A stretch of DNA of 64,000 bases. Source: Octopus sinensis. Lineage: Eukaryota. Positions 53,296-64,000 of the stretch are shown here, in pieces. Every line of letters starts with the position of its first letter. Position 1 is the stretch's first letter. Position numbers and translations under genes: made by a program. The notes beneath the pieces are model-generated. The model searched no databases and was not told the origin of the DNA. It saw only the letters and a program-made list of their open reading frames with translations. Location: NCBI RefSeq assembly GCF_006345805.1, contig NC_042997.1, positions 129,270,001 to 129,334,000 of the forward strand. Direction: 5' to 3'.

Positions 53296-53334
<39 letters not shown>

Positions 53335-53654
53335 GAAATGATCTCAGCTGGAACTCCTTTAATCATAGCTCTGCTCAATCAGGGCTGATCTAGGGCTGAA
53401 CAACTACAACAATAAGTGAAATAAAATCACTTATCACAACAGGTAAAAAGAAGTCACAGTAAGATTTATATAAAACATATCAGGTAATCAATGATTTTTC
53501 TCTCTGTTGAAATAGGGTTAACATATCTAGGTTAGAATATTGAATGACAACTAAATCGAGAAATTCAATCATAAAATATTTGCTATTAAACTTGCCTTGC
53601 TAACATTAACTTCAGTGTAAATACATCTGCTATAGTTGTTTATATATATATCTT

Positions 53655-54044
53655 TTATCTCTAACTTGTTTCAGTCATTAGACTGCAGCCATGCTAGGGC
53701 ACTACCATAAAAAATTTGATGCCAGTACATTTTTTTTCTTTAAGGCCTGATACCTATTCCATCAGTCTCATTTTGTCAAACCACTAGGTTACAGGTACAT
53801 AAACACACCAACACTAGTTATCAGGAAGTGGTGGAGGACAAACATAGACACAAAGACAGGTACATACACACAGATATTCAACAGGCATCTTTCAGCTTCT
53901 GCATACAAAATCCACTCACAAGGCTTTGGTTGGCCCAAGACTACAGTAGAAGACACTTTCCCAATGTGTCACACAATAGGACTGAACCTGGAACCATGTA
54001 GCTGGGAAGCAAGCTTCTTACTACACAACCACACCTATGCCCAT

Positions 54045-54050
<6 letters not shown>
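53655..54050 (-). mobile_element. SINE family A (older copy)
   Basis: Same motifs as 14555-15020. Confidence 0.8.
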
Positions 54051-54096
<46 letters not shown>

Positions 54097-54097
<1 letters not shown>

Positions 54098-54256
54098 TTT
54101 GTCAGTGAACAGGTCGCAGTTTCAAGTGACGAAAATATTTTGACACAAATTAAATTTAAATGTTGAAGTGAAACTAACAGTTTCACACAACATTTAAATT
54201 TAATTTGTGTCAAAATATTTTTGTCACTTGAAACCGCGACCTGTTCACTGACAAAA
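54097..54256. repeat. 160-bp near-perfect palindrome
   Basis: Arms 54097-54175 and 54179-54256, 3-nt loop, about 4 differences. Confidence 0.95.
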
Positions 54257-54329
54257 GGTTAATAGAGAAAATAGTCTTTGTATGTAGCAAATGTGTGAGT
54301 ACAATATGCACTAAAAATATGCAGAGAAT

Positions 54330-55185
54330 AGACTCCCTCAAATGCCTGATGGGATCTTGAGAAGTAGTAGATAGCTTCTGTTACTTAGGTGACTGAATTA
54401 GCAGTGGAGGATAGAGTTCTGACAGTGCAGTTGCTAGAATGGGAATGGGCTGGGCAAAGTTCACTCCCAGAAGGAAGGACAGATGGTTTGATACCTGTGT
54501 ACATACAGCTATGCTACATGATAGTGAAACATGGGCCTTGACTACAGAGGACTAACAAAGGCTTGAAAGTATTGAAGCTAGCATGCTCACTGGATGGGTA
54601 ATGTCAGTGTACACACAAGAGAGTGTGAGTGATTTAAAAGGAAAACTGGGCATAAGAGATATCAGATATGTGCAAGAGAGAAGACTGCACTGGTTTGGTT
54701 ATATGATGCATATGGATGAGGACAGTTGTATAAAGAAGTACAAAGCTATAACTGTAGAGGGAACATGTGGAAGGGGTCGACCTAGGAACACATGGGATGA
54801 AGTGGTAAGAAAGGGTCTTTCGATACTGGGCCTCGCTGAGGAAATGAAAAGAGACTGGGAGTTGTGGTGATTTGTTGTACTTGAGAAGACATGTCAAAAC
54901 AAGTATAATTGTTGTCATCCATACATACAGGCTTGTCCTTTACAGGTGCTGGTGCCACAGAAAATGCACGTTTGTCAATACTGTGTAAACGCACCCATGC
55001 CGGTGGTACATAAAAAGCACCCAGCACACTCTGTAAAGTGGTTGACATTAGGGAGGGCATCTATCTATAGAAACTATGCCACAACAGACAATTTGGAGTC
55101 TGAAGAGCTCCTCAGCTGGACAACTCCTGTCAAACCGTCCAACCAATGCCAGTATGGAAAACAGACATTAAACAATGATGATCAT
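54330..55185 (+). mobile_element. 5'-truncated RTE LINE (short 3' UTR type)
   Basis: VDSFCYLGD...LHDSETW...ERRLHWFG.MMHMDEDSC...GRGRPRNTWDEVV, then the family terminus. Confidence 0.88.
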
Positions 55186-55949
55186 AATATACATAGGCAA
55201 GGAGTTTTAACTCAAAAGAGGATATCTGAAGTCATTCATTTTAATAAAGACATAAGTAACAAAAGAGCTACACGAAAATTGACAAACAACTATAAATAAT
55301 TCAAATCAGCAACAGAAGTCCCTTGTGTAAGAAGAGAGCTGAAAAATTTGACATGCCCACATTAAATAAGCTAAAGTCCTACTGTGTGACAGCTTTACAA
55401 ATCGCTCACATATATATAACAACTAATTGCTATTCATTTTCTGGGTCTTTGCTCTAAATCATAAACATAAAAAAATTTCAATTAGGTACAAGACAGTGGT
55501 GGCGGGGTAGCCTATTTACTGGTGGTTCAGTGACTATAAAATTGCCTATGATTTTTCAAATGATATAAGGAAGGGTAAGTTGTTCGGTTCGTCCAATAAA
55601 AAATTTATAAATGTTGATACAACAGAATTAGCAGAACATATAAATAGGTGATCAATTCCCATATTATCTTGTAAATGTCTTAAATACAATTTATATCTAA
55701 AAACCATAGCACTTTACTAATACGCATACACACACAGAGTACCAATATAATCTCCATACACTAATGAAGAAATGATACTACCAAAACTTAATGTTACTCA
55801 TCTCCAAAGAGATACACAAAACATACAGATAAAGATAGAGGAGTAACATCATTGATATACATCTTCTGTGGAAGAAAATCTGTACAAAATTAATTGAATC
55901 ATGTCTTTAAAACTAAGAAGCACTTCAGAACAGAAAAGTCAGTGACTTT

Positions 55950-56600
55950 TTACAAATCATGCTCCCATCTTCATCTCTTTTCTAGACTGATCAGTTCTTC
56001 AGTCCATCTCACTTGTGTTTGCTCTTCAGATGGCAGTTCTCTTCCAGTGTTCTCAATCAGCTGCATATTGCTCCTGTTTTTCTAGTGTTTACTGACAACC
56101 TTCACCTCTGCTTGAAAGGTTCAATATCATGTGGCTCCTGGTCATCATCATCTCCTTTCTGCTTTTGGTATTCATCTCAGTTCAAATGATCTGGTTACTG
56201 GAGGAAGTTATCAAACATCCCTATTCTTTATTCCAGCATCAAGTCTTGGAGATTTTGCAATGATGCTCTACTTGAGACTTCATTTTTGATATGATCATGG
56301 TATAAAATTCTTGAGATTTTCCTGAAGCATCTTTGGTGAAAAGCAACCATTTTTTTTTTGTAAGTGACTTTCAGTTTTCTTTCACATTTTGTATGCATAC
56401 AGCATTGTGGACTGTACAGGTGTATCATGAAATTGGTTTCCTCTGATGTCTATGGACCAAATTTTGTACATTCTTTGAAATACTGCTAACAACTTTCTGA
56501 TTCTGCATTTGACATCAGTTTCAGTGTCGTCATCTTTGCTCAGAACACTGTCAAAGTGTTTTAGTTGGCTAATGTCTTCAATGGTCGCTTCATACACTCT
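55950..56600 (-). mobile_element. Old RTE ORF2 fragment
   Basis: SVLSKDDDTETDVKCRI...AVFQRMYKIW and AFHQRCFRKISRI.Y.DHIKNE are RTE-like motifs. Confidence 0.7.
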
Positions 56601-57149
56601 TTGATGAAGTTGCTGTCAGTAAGCGGTTTTTCCCACTCTGCCATCCTATGCACTACTTTGCAACTAGTATGAGTGATTGATTCATTTTCAGCAAACATTC
56701 TCATGAAGAGAATGTTTAAACACAGCAATGCAAGTTAAAACACAGTTGCTGTAGGAATGAATTCTCAATGCAGGTACTTACACAAAAGGTATAGTGCAGC
56801 TATGGTAGGCCAAATGAATTGACCTCGCGTGCTGGATCTGGTCTGTGGGCCATAGTCTGGTTACCCCTGTGCTATAGGTACAAGGCCTGAAATTTGGTGG
56901 GAGGGAACTAGTCAACTCCAGTGCACAACTGGTATTTATTTCATCAAATACTGAAAGGATGAAAGGCAAAGGTGACCATAACAGAATTTTAACTCAGCTT
57001 GTAAAGACAAACAAAATGCCACTAAGAATTTGGTCTGGTATGCTGATAATTCTGCCAGCTCACCAGCTTAATAATAATAATAATGGTTTCAAATTTGGCA
57101 AAAGGCCATCAAGTTCAGAAGAGAGAGCAATTTAATTACATCAACCTCA

Positions 57150-58140
57150 GTGCTCATCATCATCATCAACATCATTTAACGTCCATGTTCCATGCTAGCA
57201 TGGGTGAGACAGTACCACAAGAGCTGGCTAGGCTGAAACCTGCACCAGACTTTTGTGACTGTTTTGGATACCCTTCCTAACACAACCACTCAGCAGAGTG
57301 GACTTAGTGCTTTTTACGTGGCCCAAGCACAGGCAAGGTCAGTTTTGACAAGATTTTTGCAGCTGGATGCCCTTCCTAACACCAACCACTTTACAGTGCG
57401 GACTGGGTGCTTTTAAGTGGCACCTGCACTGACAGAGTCACCAAGCACTTGCAAGACAATTTTTAAGAGGGGAGGAGGCATTGGAGTAGGTGATAATGAA
57501 AAGGTCACAGTGAGACTGATACAGGTGTCTTGCTGTAGAGGAAGTACAAGGTTACCTGGCTGGAGAGAGAAATATCAGGAATGAAGACAAAACAGATGTG
57601 CTACCACAAAGAAAATACATGGTCGCCCAACCTGAGGGAAGTGCAGGAGAGAGAGAGAGAGATTGGGAGACTGCAGGATGTAGATGGTGGCAAAATGCCG
57701 GGCATACTCACAAGGAACAGGGATCATAGTATAAATGAGATGGTTGAGTAAAGGAAGAAAGATACAGATAGTAGCAAGTGCCAGGGCATACTCTTGAGGT
57801 TCAAATACCATAACATAAGTGACAGGATATTGCAAAGGGAGATTAATGAGTGCAAGTTAGTGGTGAAAGACCTGGGTATATAGAGAATTGGAGGGACTAC
57901 CAGATAGCAATACAGAGGAACAGGGGTGTGAGGACAGGATTGGGGAGTGAGAGGAAATGCAAGAAAGAGATGTAGATTGGTTTGTTGGGGTAGGGTGAGA
58001 GAAAAGTTTTCTTATTACATATGGGTGGAACATCCAGGTCAGGGGCTAGCAGATGGCAATAATAGAGTAAGACAAGGTATGTGGGTAGAACGCACATGTC
58101 GAGGGGCAAGCAGAGAGCAATGATACAGTGGCACCAAGCC
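57150..58140 (-). mobile_element. RTE long 3'-UTR inserted into a family C SINE
   Basis: (CAT)n tail at about 57155. The SINE C sequence resumes at about 58140. Confidence 0.65.
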
Positions 58141-59549
58141 AAGGTACTAATTTTACTGACCCCAAAAAAAGGAAATATAAATTCATCCTTGGCAGAATTT
58201 AAGCTCAGCATATAAAGTTGTCTGGCATGTTAACAGTTCTGCCAGCTTGCTGCCTTTAAAAGCTGAGAGTTTCATACAAATAATAATAATAGATTATAAT
58301 TTAGGCACAGCAATTTTGAGAAGGGTGAGGGAGGGAGATTAGTCAATTACATTAATCCAAGTATTTACACTTTATCAACCCTGGACAGGATGAAAAGTTG
58401 ACTTCGATAGGATTTGAACTCTTGACATAAAAATCCCAAACAACTACTGCAAGGCATTTGTCTACTGCCAAGTCACCATCTTAATAATAAGAAAGGTGAT
58501 AATTCCTAACAATAGAAGACTACAAATTTTGAAGAAAGGAACAATCCTCTGAGAAAAATAACATATTATTCCAATAGTAGAGGGAAGAGCCAAAAACTAT
58601 TAAAGTATCTTGACCAAGGAGAAAAAAATGTGATGTCAATTATGAATTGGTTTCATAATCTATATGTGTATCCTATTAATTACCTATGAGCCACAAAAGT
58701 TCATATAACCAATGCTAAAATCTGAATAATGTAATATTAAGAGGATGTGAGATATATCCCCTGGGAAAGGTTGCCAGATCTAATGCCTACAGTTTAGTGA
58801 ACAAACATAATTAAAATTAAGTGCTCTCTCACTATCTAGTATCATTAAATCTATTGCGTTTTGATAAATTAGTCCAAAACCAAAAAAGCTACTCATGCCA
58901 TTATCAAACGAGCGAGTAGTAATAGTAAGATATATTTGCTAATAGGTCTATAATATAGAGTGACACTTGTATGTCTGTACCTTACCAATAATCATTAATG
59001 AAAATAATGAATATAATAAATTCTAGGTAAAAATGTTTACTAATTTATCCTACATTCAGAACATTCTAAAATCTAGGCCTCTTCATAGAAAAGAGAATAT
59101 CTAGAGAATATAAACAAGAAAAGTTTTGTGTCAGATACCCTCCCTAGTGCCAACTATCATCTCTACTCCCATAACAGTTTATAATTTTAGTAGAAATTTA
59201 ATGGTCTTATGATATTTCATAGCAATATTTCAGCAAAATAGTGATGACTTGTTAACAAAGCAATCAGTTGGGTATGAAACATTTTATTATTTGCTTCACA
59301 GCAAAGAACTAGAGACACCAGAGAGACATGCTAGCATAAATTAGTAATAAACTTCTATCATCTACATAAATTTTCAAAGGCCAACATTTATTGTGCGGTT
59401 GTGACATTTTAGATTCATTCTGGATCATACAGTCATTCACTGATTGTTTCCACAACAGATTTCTCCATGTTCTATTGACCAGAAACAGAAATCAAGACTA
59501 ATTAATCAATTCATGTAAAGTACCGAAGAATTCAACATAAACTGCTGCT

Positions 59550-59735
59550 GCTGCTGTTGTTGTTAGGTAACAACAGTTACCACAAAACACATACATTGTT
59601 ATTGTTTTTAGCCAACAATAACACTGCATACACCATTCAATGTTGTTGTTAGCTGACAACAACAAAACAACACACACCATTCAATGTTTTTATTGTTAGC
59701 TAACAGCAACAACACACACCCGATACAATATTGTC
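59550..59735. repeat. Tandem repeat of about 45 bp, (AAC)-rich
   Basis: ACACCATTCAATGTT.TT.TTGTTAGCT.ACA.CAACAAC recurs 3-4 times. Confidence 0.75.
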
Positions 59736-60294
59736 TTTAAATGTCACAATAAATACAGCCATCCACTAAACTACCACATTGCTTTGACTTCACTCAATGT
59801 ATTTTATCTAAGTGTGCGACTAGGGGGTACATGTGTGTGGCTGTGTTTACACAGACAGAATGAAGGAACAGATGACAATCCATGCTACTCTGAAGAGAGA
59901 ATATAATAAGGTAGTGATGATGGTGTTTGGGAGATTTTAATTGCTAACCTTATGGTCAAGACCAGTAATTACATGTCCCTTAACCTACCTTTATTCTGTT
60001 CCCTATAAATGGCCAACAAATGACCCAATCTCATTGAAAGGTCATATACCTAGGTCAGGCATTATGTGTACACACACACACAAAAACACAGCACCTTTCC
60101 CAAGACATTGCTAAAGATCACTACATTCAATGTGACATTGACAGACTCTCATTACTTACCTAGCAACTAACTCACAAACAGCTCAGTTGTTGAAGAAATG
60201 TTACAATAAAAATTAACACACACACACACACACTAAGTCAAAGGATTGCACTGAAAGGAAGAACACAGAGTATAAAAAAATTTTTTAAGGAAGA

Positions 60295-60642
60295 GGCGCA
60301 GGAGTGACTATGTGGTAAGTAGCTTGCTTACCAACCACATGGTTCTGGGTTCATTCCCACTGCATGACACCTTGGGCAAGTGTCTTCTACTATAGCCTCG
60401 GGCCAACCAAAGCCTTGTAAGTGGGTTTGGTAGACAGAAACTGAAAGAAGCCCATCGTATATATGTAAGTGTGTGTATATGTTTGTGTGGTGTGTTGACA
60501 TCCCAATAACTTAGGTTTGGCAAAAGAGACCGATAGAATAAATACTAGGCTTCCAAAGAATAAGTCCTGTGGTCGATTTGCTTGGCTAAAGGCAGTGCTC
60601 CAGCATGGCCGCAGTCAAATGACTCAAACAAGTAAAAGGGTA
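60295..60642 (+). mobile_element. SINE family A
   Basis: GGCGCAGGAGTGACTATGTGGTAAG...GGGTTCATTCCCACT head and full body. Confidence 0.9.
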
Positions 60643-61895
60643 AGAATTAATATTTTAGAGCTTATGATGGTAGTAGTAGAAAGAAAAGAAAATATCTCCA
60701 TCACTATGTTCTATTACATGTTTTGATATGATAGTATGTTTATAAAGCCTGCTAGAGAGAATTTGACAATTTTCATCAGTCTTCATTCTATCTTAATACA
60801 GCCTTGAGCCAACAAGAGAACTTCAACATAATCATCTGAACTGCTAGAAACAACAGCTAAATTTTCTTAAAAACACAGCCAACTATATTAAACAATAAAA
60901 GACACATTATGACATATGTCTCCCTCTGGTGTCTCAAGTTTTTTCTATGAAGCTTTGCTTTAAGTCAGCAGCTATTTTCCTTAAGTATTATTATGAAAAG
61001 TATCAAGATTATTGACTACTTCTAAAATACAAAGTTGTTATGGAAGGAGAGACAAAAATCATCTATGATCAGCACTAGTGAGAATATCTGACACTCATAT
61101 ATACTAAATACAGATATGAGTGTACATCGGAGTTATTAAATGTAGTGGTAAGATGTGAAGGGTCACTATATGCAATATACGAATATAAGGCTCTCATGTC
61201 AGGGGTACCAATCATATTGTACAGATGAAAAGTTATTTAATGTAGAAGTAGTGCTTCTTAAAAGAAAAGATGGTCACAGTCAGAATGCCCTTTAGTTATA
61301 GTTTTGCTTGATCAGTGTTCAACTCGCAGAATTTTGCATGTTACGTCTTGACACAACAAACAAAATGCTCTGAATAAACCAGAATATGAATATTCACCAC
61401 ATTTTAATTTGTTGTCCACTTCATTTAGCGATTCCTTGCTTCCTACACAGCATTTGCCTTCCTGCAACAATAGGTTTTCCTGATTCCCCATGTTCCATTA
61501 CTTTCCTTATTTTTGTAGTAAACAGAGTTCCTCAAGAGGAGCTTCATGCCCTGGAGACTTTTGAAGTTCAGTCTACAAACCATTCTAGACTTTACAGATA
61601 TCTGTGATATATGGCAATATTTTGGAGCAATGGATTATAAACATGGATGATAGCTACTGCTTATAATCTTTACAGATCCTCAAAGACCAGTAGGGTTAAT
61701 GTTCATACACTGAAAGAAAGGGTACCATATAAAGATTGATTGACTCATATCAAATCTGATGTGATGTGGTGCTGCTGCTAAGACTGTTTAAGCATGGTGG
61801 CATTGAAGCAGAATTGTGGTGTGAAAGTTTCTGTCATGGCCCATACTCAGAGTAAGATGTAAATTCATTATCATAAGCTAAGACATCAGTTAAAT

Positions 61896-62334
61896 CAGGT
61901 TCTCAACCGGGGTCCAGAAGATTCCCTGGACGGTGGAGAGCATGTAAGATTTTTGGGGGTCCATGCTAACAAAATAATATTTTAAGGGCCTATGAAAAAT
62001 TTTGATTTAAATGTATTTATTGCAAGAAACAGCTAAATCTCAAATGTTTTACACAAGAAATAAGTGGAAATTTTACCAGTGAGTGTGTTACATTATAAGG
62101 CACAAAAAGAAAATAACTCTCCCCAGACACAACAGAATATGCTTCACACAAACTCATAAAGAATCCAAATGCAAAAACGAAACCTACACAAGTTAATGTG
62201 TAAATAACAAAACAGGGATCTTGAAAGTAGTATCTATAAAACTAGTTTTTAAATGTCAAATGGATATGGTGACCCACCAGAATAAAATAGTAATCAAAGG
62301 GGTCCATAGGTTAAAAAGTAGCTGGGAACCTCTG
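61896..62334. mobile_element. hAT-like MITE carrying a 127-bp foreign insert
   Basis: Ends CAGGTTCTCAAC / GCTGGGAACCTCTG. Degenerate 8-bp flanks AGTTAAAT / AGCTAAAC. Confidence 0.7.
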
Positions 62335-63008
62335 AGCTAAACTATAAAACAGTGAGTTGTATGACTAGGCAGACACACAGGCAAGACAAGTAACAAGATA
62401 CAAACTAATAAACTACTCTGACAGTAGCTTGATGAACTATATAATCTTTGACAATACCTTGACATCCTACCAACTCTACCAGCTACAACTCTCCATGTAA
62501 AATACACACACACACACACAGAGAAACACATGAACATAAAAAGACACGCAAACTAAAAATATATACAGAGTCACACTAAGTACAATAATGTTGGATCCTT
62601 TTTTTCTCTATCTATTTCTACCTTCTTAATATCTAACTTCTTACTCGGATAAATATTATCTTTAATTCAATTCAAAAGATATTTTTACACATGAAGCAAC
62701 AAGATTGAACACTGGCCAAGATAGAGTTTAGGCTGCATTTATGCTGAGTATGTGCATGACTTCAAAGAGAGAGAGAGAGTGAGACATGTCTAGGTATTGC
62801 TTGAGGTGCTAGAAATAGCAGTCAATTTTAACTCAAATCACACCTGACTTTCTAAAAGAAAAAAGAAAACATGTATTCAGTATAATGTAGTTCCAGAAAC
62901 ATTACACTTTAAATAAACACAAATGGTCTTAAAGGCTTGTCCAATCAAGGCTGACTTGGGGCTAAACAGTATGAAGCAACATGACCAAAATGCAAGCAGT
63001 GTTTAGAC

Positions 63009-63340
63009 CAGGGCTGGCCAACCTGAGGCCCGCGGTTTGCATGCGGCCCACAAACTTTTATCTTGCAGCCCACTTGATACTATCTTGAAATGGGTATATT
63101 TAAACAAACACTTCTAAAATTTTATCAAAAATTAAAGATTGTAATGAAAAGCAAAAAAAGAAAGATGCTACTGTTTTTGCAACGATAATATTTCATGTTG
63201 AATCAACAATCATTCACTCATTATTGTAATAATAGCATGTGAAAGCAAAATGCTTTCAATTTTCTAAGTATATAAGTGGCCCTCAAAAACCTTATTGTGA
63301 TTAAAGTGGTCTGCAATGTAATTCAAGTTGGTCAGGCCTG
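63009..63340. mobile_element. hAT-like MITE
   Basis: TIRs CAGGGCTGGCCAAC / GTTGGTCAGGCCTG. 8-bp TSD GTTTAGAC / GCTTAGAC. Confidence 0.85.
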
Positions 63341-64000
63341 GCTTAGACACTTTGGAGACATCAGTTCACTCTATTCTAATTCCAACTTATATACAAGTAT
63401 TAAAAAACCTTAGTTATGGCAGTTAATTTATAAGAAAGTAAACAATCCAGGGTATGACTTTAAACAGTATCTGGTAATGGGGCCCTGGCTCAGGAGTTCC
63501 AGGGTTTTGAGGAGTGTATAACCACCTCTTACCACTACTGTTTCCATGTCTACTCTAACTCGGAGTAGTAGCATCTATCAGGGTTCTAGCTATAGGTTAA
63601 TTAGTATGTCATAGAATTGCTTCTAGAAGACAACCACTCACGGACACCCAGATAGACCCAGGGGAGATAAGGTTTTTCAGCTTCTTAGCTACTCAACTAA
63701 AAGACAGTAACTCCATTCAAATCTTGCATCCTGATAACTACTGGGCCCACGGCAGTTGTTGCATTAGATCAATACAAGTTTGAAAAGCAAAACAGAAGGA
63801 TTGGCTCTGCCAAAACCATGCTTCACTATAATAATGAAACCCTGTTGTCTTGTGGGGTAATTTATTGAGCATTAAAAAAGTCTAAGGGAATAGACCCCTG
63901 TAGAAAATCCATGACCCAAAGATAGATATGTATGGTTATACTTAACCAATATCTGATCTCCCTTGTGACTCCAAGGATGTTGTGAACAAAAAAATAGAGA

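Noticed and set aside
47971-64000. ATP9 first coding exon
   Set aside because: No N-terminal IPL-type motif with a phase-2 donor and no promoter-like CpG cluster found. Probably lies beyond the window.

Overview
Eukaryotic, AT-rich, repeat-dense genomic DNA. The SINE/RTE repertoire resembles Octopus, which is an inference from memory of those families. The window is dominated by the 5' part of one minus-strand gene, a P4-ATPase phospholipid flippase of the ATP9A/ATP9B (Neo1) class. I delimited 12 coding exons by hand (47970 down to 1, 1437 nt, 479 codons). All visible boundaries are GT-AG with matching phases, and the exons carry the DGET, PISL and DKTGT motifs. The first exon is not visible (probably beyond 64000) and the gene continues past position 1. 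The introns are filled with tRNA-derived SINEs, RTE and CR1 LINE fragments, hAT, Tigger-like and TTAA MITEs, and micro/minisatellites. Nearly all ORFs in the supplied track are repeat artefacts. The most interesting unexplained signal is a CpG-retaining island (about 28.6-34.2 kb) in the 33.5-kb intron. It holds an in-frame, phase-matched 51-nt candidate exon or alternative start, and a candidate poison exon. Also notable are two long hairpins and two apparent locally templated insertions. I found no prokaryotic system, CRISPR array, rRNA or true tRNA gene.
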